Under the pieces are notes generated by a model. That model worked only from the letters and a program-made list of their open reading frames with translations. It did no database searches and had not been told where the DNA came from. From positions 86,304,001-86,368,000 of the forward strand of contig OZ024746.1 in the NCBI GenBank assembly GCA_964016885.1: DNA of 64,000 nucleotides, written 5' to 3'. How positions within the stretch are numbered: position 1 is the first letter of the stretch; every line of letters starts with the position of its first letter. This DNA is from Eledone cirrhosa. Taxonomy: Eukaryota. Positions 55,475 through 64,000 of the stretch are shown here, one piece after another. Both the position numbers and the translations under genes were made by a program.

Positions 55475-55502
55475 AGAGGTTTCCCAGTGCTCCCTGCGAT
55501 AT

Positions 55503-56968
55503 TTGTTGTATGCGGTTCTAGATGTATGTATTACCTGCTTGTGTGTTGTATGTGGTCCGAGATGTAATGTATTACCGGCTTGTGTGTTGTATGTGGTCCT
55601 AGATGTATGTATTACCAGCTTGTGTGTTGTATGTGGTCCTAGATGTGTGTGTTGTATGTGGTCCTAGATGTATGTATTACCTGCTTGTGTGTTGTATGTG
55701 GTCCTAGATGTATGTATTACCGGCTTGTGTGTTGTATGTGGTCCTAGATGTATGTATTACCTGCTTGTGTGTTGTATGTGGTCCTAGATGTATGTATTAC
55801 CTGCTTGTGTGTTATATGCGGTCCTAGATGTATGTATTACCTGCTTGTGTGTTGTATGCGGTCCTAGATGTATGTATTACCTGCTTGTGTGTTGTATGTG
55901 GTCCGAGATGTGAGTATTACCTGCTTGTGTGTTGTATGTGGTCCTAGATGTATGTATTACCGGCTTGTGTGTTGTATGTGGTCCTAGATGTATGTATTAC
56001 CTGCTTGTGTGTTGTATGTGGTCCTAGATGTATGTATTACCGGCTTGTGTGTTGTATGTGGTCCTAGATGTATGTATTACCGGCTTGTGTGTTGTATGTG
56101 GTCCTAGATGTATGTATTACCTGCTTGTGTGTTGTATGTGGTCCTAGATGTATGTATTACCTGCTTGTGTGTTATATGCGGTCCTAGATGTATGTATTAC
56201 CTGCTTGTGTGTTGTATGTGGTCCTAGATGTATGTATTACCGGCTTGTGTGTTGTATGTGGTCCTAGATGTATGTATTACCGGCTTGTGTGTTGTATGTG
56301 GTCCTAGATGTATGTATTACCTGCTTGTGTGTTGTATGTGGTCCTAGATGTATGTATTACCTGCTTGTGTGTTGTATGTGGTCCTAGATGTATGTATTAC
56401 CGGCTTGTGTGTTATATGCGGTCCTAGATGTATGTATTACCTGCTTGTGTGTTGTATGTGGTCCTAGATGTATGTATTACCGGCTTGTGTGTTATATGCG
56501 GTCCTAGATGTATGTATTACCTGCTTGTGTGTTGTATGTGGTCCTAGATGTATGTATTACCGGCTTGTGTGTTGTATGTGGTCCTAGATGTATGTATTAC
56601 CTGCTTGTGTGTTGTATGTGGTCCTAGATGTATGTATTACCTGCTTGTGTGTTGTATGTGGTCCTAGATGTATGTATTACCTGCTTGTGTGTTGTATGTG
56701 GTCCTAGATGTATGTATTACCTGCTTGTGTGTTGTATGTGGTCCTAGATGTATGTATTACCTGCTTGTGTGTTGTATGTGGTCCTAGATGTATGTATTAC
56801 CTGCTTGTGTGTTGTATGTGGTCCTAGATGTATGTATTACCTGCTTGTATGTTGTATGTGGTCCTAGATGTATGTATTACCTGCTTGTGTGTTGTATGTG
56901 GTCCTAGATGTGTATATTACCTGCTTGTGTGTTGTATGTGGTCCTAGATGTGTATATTACCGGCTTGT
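55503..56968. repeat. 40-bp tandem minisatellite (~36 units)
   Basis: gtcctagatgtatgtattacc(t/g)gcttgtgtgtt(g/a)tatg(t/c)g head to tail, no spacers. Confidence 0.97.
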
Positions 56969-57083
56969 AATGTATGTATATGCACATACGCACACACGTA
57001 CACATACGCACACATATACACATACGCACATACATACACGTCAGCGCGTTGAAAAATATCCTAATCTCTTCATTTCTCTCTCA

Positions 57084-57146
<63 letters not shown>

Positions 57147-57234
57147 CGTGTGTGTGTGTGTATGTGTGTGTGTGTGTGTGTCACATAGTCACTTTGTATC
57201 TCTCTTTTCATGCACTCTCTTTCTGTCTCTGTCT

Positions 57235-57266
<32 letters not shown>

Positions 57267-57348
57267 CAGTTTGGTAGAGCACTCAATCCATGGGACGAGT
57301 TTGGTAGAAGTTCACCATACCGAGAACAATTGTTTCACCTTATGCAGG

Positions 57349-57401
57349 CCATGGTCCGAGCTGAAGATACGCATAAGGTGAAACAATTGTTCTCGGTATG
57401 G
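57349..57401 (+). ncRNA. compact type-I hammerhead ribozyme motif
   Basis: ccat-ggt-ccgag CTGAAGA t ac-gcataag-gt GAAAC AATT GTT^ctcgg-t-atgg; preceded by an inverted copy (57309-57345) of its 3' half. Confidence 0.8.
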
Positions 57402-57424
57402 TGAACTAACTGTTGTGTTTCTAC

Positions 57425-57474
<50 letters not shown>

Positions 57475-58089
57475 TCAGCGAGAATCGTATTTCGGCGAGT
57501 AGAAATAAGCGAAATGCAATTTCCAAGTTGTGTTGGCAAGCGCTCCATGGACCAAAAGAGACCATAGCAATAAACATATGTTATAAAGGCCATACAAACT
57601 GAGACGGCGGTTAAGAAGCTATCAACCACCTAACCCCCCCAAAAACGAAGCAAGCTAAACGGGTCAAACAAAATAAATGAAATAAATGAAATATTTACCC
57701 TATATATACACACCTATATATTTACCCTATATATAATATATACACACTGATTTTTGCAGACCTGTCTTCTCGTTATTACCACATTCTACCTCTCTCATAT
57801 ACTGTGCATCTATGACTACATCATCCAATGTGTCCCCATTTTTCTGGACTGTAATAGAGTGTACTTTAAAAAAGATATGGCTGATATTTTCCGCAGGTTT
57901 TGAGTCCATGCTGTTTAACATTTTTGATATCTCAGGTGATCTACTCCTCAGAAATCAACACTGTGGCTCTATGGTTTGAATTCTTTTATTGTTGTTGTAG
58001 CTTACAATTCAATGGACAAGCCTTGTCGCACCAAATTTTATATATAAGAAGGGAAATAAATAATTTTCTATATAGATAATAAACACAAC

Positions 58090-58262
58090 CACAAGGATAT
58101 GGTCCGAACGTGGAAGAGCCGAACTCCCCCTGTCATCGCTTCCATCTCTGTCACCCTCCCCATCTCACTATATGGTGAGCAAATGGGTTCCCACGTGCTG
58201 GCCTTCCCACAGCCCCGGCGGACAGAATGGAGAAGGCGTTTCCCTGGAGGATGGTAAGGGAG
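58090..58262 (-). mobile_element. CRE-like family A 3' end
   Basis: Reverse complement of ~6370-6545. Confidence 0.75.
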
Positions 58263-59123
58263 TATCCAGTGACCAGACAGTTAACTTCAACGTCTGATTC
58301 CACTTAGATGGGCGGTCAACTTAACCTTTCAGTCTAAAGCGGCCGATAAAGAAAAGAAATACCACAGCGGGTGTTGACTGATCTGTTATAGTGTTGAACG
58401 AGATGCCTTGCGTTATCTATTCCTGTATTCTGCATTCTGACGATAACGCCTGGTTCTAAGCTGTATCGGACCCTGCTTTTTCGCTTGTTCCCTAATTTAG
58501 ACAGATAAAACATGGACGTAAATTGTGAAAGAATTGAAGCCAAAAAACAAACAAATAAAAAAGAATAAAAAACGGGAGTAACTTTGATAACTTTGATAGG
58601 TTTCGGCCAGTATTGGCCCAGGCCATGTCTAACTTAATAGCACCACCTGGCAAAGTAATGACAGAAAAGTAAGAAAGAAATGTAAGTAAAAAATAAATTA
58701 GAATGCAAACGAAACGTACATTCAGGTCTTGAATAATCGTCCTCTCCCCACACTTATTAATTCTTCAGAACCCATCCCCCTCACTTATTAAATTTTGCTA
58801 ATCTATCTAAATGTTATTGTAAGTGATTCATATCGATACAGCAGCTGGAGAATCTAATAATAATTTTATTTTAAATAACATATATAACGAAAAAAGAACA
58901 TTACAAGAAATCCCATATTTACAAACTTACACTATACAATTATCGACCCCCCTCCCCCACACCATTTATAAGAATTTAAGCAAATGTTGTCGCCCACCTC
59001 CCCATTATTTGGGACCCGAGAGTAAGTGAAATATATAGAAAAAACAATTGTTTCTTTCCCTATTATATAAAGTATAGTAACTAACTTTCATCGGTTCACT
59101 CTTTTTTTTTTATTTCTACGAAT

Positions 59124-59588
59124 AGGACTTTGCCGGTCCCGGCAAAATAGACACACATGCTTTTTAAACTTATTTGACCGGTCCCGGTAAATATAAATAG
59201 TATTAGTACTGGATTTGGGTTAGGGTTTGGGTTCGGGTTTTGGTTAAGGTTTAAATTGTCTTAATAGTTGGTCGTGAAAATAAATAAACTTCTGTGTTAA
59301 ATCTGTGTATTGTTACGTTTAACATTACCTGCTTTCATAATAATGGCTTTTGATTTAGGCACAAGGCCAGCAATTTTGGGGTAGGGGAAAGTCAATTAAA
59401 TCGACCCCAATGCATTACTGATGTTTTATTTTATCGACTCCTTAAGGATGAAAAGCAAAGCTAACCTCGGTGGGTTTTGAACTTAGACCACAATGGGCCG
59501 TAACTCTATACTGCAAAGCATGGTGCGAGACTCTTACCGGCAAAAATAGGCTGGGGATCTATTTTACCGGGACCGGCAAAATAGCCTC
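59124..59588. mobile_element. TIR MITE containing a SINE A (~59345-59540, minus)
   Basis: tttgccggtcccggcaaaataga / tctattttaccgggaccggcaaa inverted ends. Confidence 0.7.
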
Positions 59589-60144
59589 TTCCTTATTTCT
59601 TCACAGTTTACTTTCAGTTCGTTTGCATTTTCATTTATATTAATTTTTATTACCTTTTCACTTTATTTTCGTTACTTCCGGAGATTTTTTTCATTTAATT
59701 CAATAACTATTTCCACTTCTTTTAGCAGCATAAATTAGGAAACAGTCCTCTGTCTCGTGGATAACATTGGGGATGTGGTGATAGGAGACTTACATAGACG
59801 CAAAACTGGTGGTTTTCCAAACCTATAACTTTGAGAGACACTTTCCAGTTACAAATACTCAGACCATTCGTAACAGACAACAAAGCCATTGATTGATTAT
59901 AAAAAGAATATATACAGTACTAGAATTGGCAGGTATTTCATTGATTAGCCGTGCTGACTTCAATTCCTCTTCCGAGAAAGTCTACCTGCCCTATCTAGTA
60001 AGTATGTAATTTAGTCTCTTACTCTATTAAAACTACAATTACCGGGTTGTTGAATACCAACACAGTGGATTTCTGTTATTCTAAAGGAAATATTCAATAC
60101 AATCGTTTACATTATATATATACTAAAAATATAACTTTTGTTGT

Positions 60145-60370
60145 TTAACCCTTTAGCATTTACAATACTCTATATTTACTATTGTATTATCACACAAAGG
60201 GCTTTACCACACATAATTATCTTACATAATATCAAATCTATGAGATTTTGATATTTATTTTGAGAACAATATGTTAACATCAGTATGAGTGGCCAGTTAC
60301 AGCCGGTTTGAAGAGAAAGAGGTGAGAGAATTCTGGTCGGATACAGCCGGTTTAAATGCTAAAGGGTTAA
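60145..60370. mobile_element. piggyBac-like MITE
   Basis: ttaaccctttagcattta ... taaatgctaaagggttaa perfect TIRs with TTAA. Confidence 0.85.
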
Positions 60371-60382
60371 TCAATGCAGTCG

Positions 60383-60572
60383 CAGACCTGTCAACTCTCC
60401 CCGTCCGACGGAGAGATCTACCCAATTTGGGGGGAGTGAGAGATGTTCTCTCTTGTGGAAATGATTATAGTTTCGTTATGTAAAATATCCCCATTTTGCC
60501 TCATTTCTCCCTGTTTTGGGGCACTTTTTTCATGGTAATCCCCGTTTGGGTTTTTATAAGTTGGCAGGTCTG
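60383..60572. mobile_element. CAGACCTG-TIR MITE
   Basis: cagacctgtcaac ... gttggcaggtctg; flanks cagtcg/cagttg. Confidence 0.85.
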
Positions 60573-60609
60573 CAGTTGCGTGGTGAGGGAGACGTACGCT
60601 GGAAAACTT

Positions 60610-61050
60610 TAACGTGGTCGCGGTGCTAAACTCCTCCTCTGGGATGCTACGTGCAACGACACATTCTCCAGCGGCAACCTGGTGCACTCTGCGACTAGCC
60701 CAGGCTTAGCTGCACTTCGGACTGAGTAGGGTAAACTCTTCAAATATCACTCGCTCTCCAACAGGTTTGCTGTCGAGCCCGTAGCAGTGGAGACTTCTGG
60801 TGTTCTTATCCCTACGACCACCTCCCTAATCACCAGCATCAGCACAGGTGTGAGCCTCGTGGGCTGGATTGGCTCTTCCAGTGCGTCTCCCTCATCATCC
60901 TCCAGGAAAACGCCTTCTCTATTCTGTCCGCCTGGGCCGCAGGGCAACCAGCGCGTGGGTCCCTATTTGCTTATAATAGTGAGATGTAGGGAGAGCGGGA
61001 GAGATGGAGGCGATGACAGTAGGAGTTTGGTCCCATTGTGTTCACACCAG
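60610..61050 (+). mobile_element. CRE-like family A 3' fragment
   Basis: FAVEPVAVETSGVL..; cagtgcgtctccctcatcatcctccaggaaaacgccttctctattctg plus shared extension. Confidence 0.75.
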
Positions 61051-61120
61051 GTGTATATGTATATTTACCCCCACCACTAACTAACAATCACACACAAACA
61101 CACTTACACAAAACATATAT

Positions 61121-61316
61121 CAGACCTGCCAATCTATAAAAAACCAAACAGGAAGTACCATGAAAAAAGGGACCCTAAAACGGGGAGAAAATGGGGCAAA
61201 GTTGGGAGATTCTACATAATAAAAACTATACTCATTTTCAAAAGAGAAGACATCTCTCACCCAACTCAAAACTGGCGGGAGATCTCCCCGCCGGACAGGG
61301 AGAGTTGACAGGGCTG
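61121..61316. mobile_element. CAGACCTG-TIR MITE
   Basis: cagacctgccaa ... ttgacagggctg; atatat on both sides. Confidence 0.85.
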
Positions 61317-61518
61317 ATATATAGACAAACATAGATCTGACAATAAACTGGACTGAGACATTTATCAGTCTAAGATCGAAGTTTGAATACTGGAGCAGCT
61401 TTTGACTGTTTTGTACACAACAAAATCAAGCATTCAACCGCATGTAAATTATACACTACTCTTACTCTTTTTAGCCGTGTGTTGTATTTCTAAGTCATTG
61501 CATTTTTGATATAATTAC

Positions 61519-61713
61519 TGGTCTCTTAAAGAGAGATAAGTTTCTTGGCTGACGATGTATCATGACACCAGTGATGAAGTATGTGCTGTCAACACTTCGA
61601 CCGATGTTTCCACACAAGAGTATTAATTCCGATATATCAATATTCCAATGTGGTTTCAAACATTGATTAAAGACATTTCCATTCTTTCGAGAAAAGTTTG
61701 AACGCAACTCTTC
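61519..61713 (-). CDS. candidate internal coding exon (65 codons), weakly chaperonin/BBS-like
   Basis: Acceptor ttattttaaacAG, donor GTaatt, 195 nt open in phase 0-0, non-repetitive: EELRSNF..WNIDISELILLCGNIGRSVDSTYFITGVMIHRQPRNLSLFKRP. Confidence 0.45.
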
Positions 61714-61728
61714 CTGTTTAAAATAAAT

Positions 61729-61901
61729 TACTGTATTTCCCGGCGCCGAAGACGCTTCGTCCTCGAGGACTCACCCTAATTTTGACAACCAAAAATTTGA
61801 AGAAAAAATAATAAGCAGCCTTCGGCATTCAGGACCCATGGTAGATTTTTGAGACTTATTTTAGGAAAAAAGTAGCGTCTTCAATGTCGGGAAATACAAT
61901 A
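61729..61901. mobile_element. Tigger/pogo-like MITE
   Basis: Inverted sister of 442-598. Confidence 0.8.
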
Positions 61902-62079
61902 AGTCTTTTTTACAAAGAAGAAATATGTTTTATTGTGAAAAATGCGAGTGTATTTTGTGGTTATGTAAACGGTAACGGAAGGGGAAGGCAAGGGCTCTAG
62001 GGTCACAGAAGAATGGGAGGGGAGGATGGAGGGTGGTGGGCTCTAGGCCTAGTCTTTGGGAAGTAAATTAATGAATAAC

Positions 62080-62653
62080 AACGATAAACAAAACAGCAGC
62101 AGCAGTAGCAGCAGTAGCAGCAGTAGCAGCTCCTATTATCACAACCACCACCACTACTACAACCACTACCATCAACACAACAACAACAGCACCACCACCA
62201 CCACCACAACAACAACAACAACGATAACACCACCACCACAACAACGATAACACCACCACCACCACCACCACCACCACAACAACAACAACGATAACAACCA
62301 CTACCTCCACAACCTCCAACAAAAACAGCAGTAGCAATAGTGGCAAAGATAACCCTCATCACCACCACCATTACCCCCACCACCACCATCATCATCACTA
62401 CTGGCACCAACACCACCACCAACATTATCAATATCATCATCATCATCATCACCACAATAACATCAACAACAACAAAAACAGCAGAAGCAACAGCAACAAA
62501 AACATCAACAACAACAACAACCACTAGAGCAATACTAATAACAAACTCTACCACCACCATGTCAACAACAACAGCAACAACAGCACCAATAGTAGCAGCA
62601 GGAGCAACAGCAGCCACCACCACCACCATTACCACCACCACCACTAACACCAT

Positions 62654-62684
<31 letters not shown>

Positions 62685-63015
62685 ACTAACACCATCAACG
62701 CAACCACCGCCGCCACCACCACCACCACCATTACCACCACTAACACCATCAACGCAACCACCACCGCCGCCGCCACCACTAACACCATCAACGCCACCAC
62801 CGCCGCCACCACCACCACCACCACTATCAACGCAACCACCGCCGCCACCACCACCATTACCACCACTAACACCATCAACGCAACCACCGCCGCCGCCACC
62901 ACCACTAACACTATCAACGCAACCACCGCCGCCGCCGCCACCACCACCACCACCACCACTAACACTATCAGCGCAACCACCGCCGCCGCCGCCACCACCA
63001 TCACCACAGCAACAA
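62080..63015. repeat. ACC/GCC/AAC trinucleotide-derived minisatellite
   Basis: Units such as accactaacaccatcaacgcaaccaccgccgcc; abuts a SINE tail. Confidence 0.9.
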
Positions 63016-63437
63016 TGGTTTCTCGTATAGGCACAAGGCCAACAATTTTGGGAGAGGGGGAAAGTCAATTAAATCCACCCACAGTGTATTACTGGTACTT
63101 TTATTTTATCGACCCCGTAAGAATGTAAGTCAAATTAACCTCGGCGGGATTTGAACTCAGATCATAAAGGGCCATAACTCTATGCTGCAAAGCATGGCGT
63201 CCGACTCTCAACCGATACTGCCAATCCACCGCCCTTAACAATAACAATAATTGTTTCTACTTTGGGGACAAGGCCAGCAATTACCCAGTACATTACTGGT
63301 ACTTTATTTTATCGACCCCGTAAGGATGAAAGGCAAAGTCAACCTCGGCGGGATTTGAACTCAGACCGTAAAGGGACGTAACTATGCTGGAAAGCATGGC
63401 GTCCGACTCTCTACCGATACTGCCAATCCACCGCCCT
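63016..63437 (-). mobile_element. two tandem SINE A copies (63016-63235, 63250-63437)
   Basis: Full-length reverse-complement matches to family A. Confidence 0.9.
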
Positions 63438-63492
63438 CATCTATAATAATGACCACAATAACAACCACAACAATATTAACAGTATTGAATTA

Positions 63493-63958
63493 TTGGCAGT
63501 ATCGGTAGAGCCTCGGACATGCTTAACGGTATAGAGTTACGGCCCTTTACGTTCTAAGTTCAAATCTCGCCGAAGTTAACTTTGCCTTTCATCCTTACGA
63601 GGTCAATAAAATAAAGAACCAGTAATGCACTGGTTCGATTTAATCGACTTCCCCCCCCCCCCCCCCAAAAAAAAAAAAAAATTGCTGGCCTTGTGCCTAT
63701 ATAAGAAACCATAATTATTGATGTCGCTTTTGTTGTTAAGGGCGGTGGACTGGCAATATCAGTAGAGCGTCGGGCAATGCTTTGTAACATAGAGTTACAA
63801 CCCTTTGTGTTCTGAGTTCAAATCCCGCCGAAGTTGGCTTTGCCTTTCATCCTTACGAGGTCAATAAAATACAGAACCAGTAATGCACTGGTTCGATTTG
63901 ATCGAGTTTTCCCTTCCCTTCAAATTACTGGCCTTGTGCCAAAGGTAGAAACAATTAT
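63493..63958 (+). mobile_element. two tandem SINE A copies (63493-63720, 63739-63958)
   Basis: Matches to family A. Confidence 0.9.
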
Positions 63959-64000
63959 TGGTAGTATGTCAGAAGCAGAGCAGATGCCTGTTAATGTGAG

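Noticed and set aside
55503-56968. CRISPR-like array
   Set aside because: Units are contiguous with no unique spacers, there are no cas genes, and the context is eukaryotic.
57727-57921. Possible second exon (MLNSMDSKPAEN..EKT)
   Set aside because: No clear acceptor in a compatible phase, a weak donor and no recognisable homology.
59212-59252. Telomeric TTAGGG-like repeat
   Set aside because: Short, degenerate and internal to a MITE.
62003-63128. Ala/Thr-rich antifreeze- or mucin-like ORF
   Set aside because: A low-complexity tract continuous with a SINE tail; the ORF runs into SINE sequence.

Overview
Eukaryotic, AT-rich, repeat-saturated DNA. The tRNA-derived SINE families and the abundant (TA)n/(CA)n/(CATA)n microsatellites suggest an octopod cephalopod genome (inference). 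Almost all ORF-track entries are microsatellite or low-complexity artefacts. Recognisable content includes: many SINE copies; several MITE families (Tigger-like, piggyBac-like, hAT-like, Helitron/HINE-like); 5'-truncated LINE fragments (CRE-like restriction-like endonuclease ends, R4/Dong-like, RTE/Rex3-like); Penelope-like element (PLE) fragments with GIY-YIG domains; a 40-bp tandem array; and one candidate host exon (61519-61713, minus). The most striking signal is a dense set of short, mostly non-coding inserts inside (TA)n tracts that carry minimal type-I hammerhead ribozyme (HHR) motifs. I read 7 essentially complete motifs (one with a U3-A8 covariation), 3 CCGAAGA variants and several 3' halves. 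These inserts are arranged as partial tandem repeats or fold-back palindromes whose junctions repeatedly fall in HHR helix II. All motif calls are by eye; no searches or folding were run.
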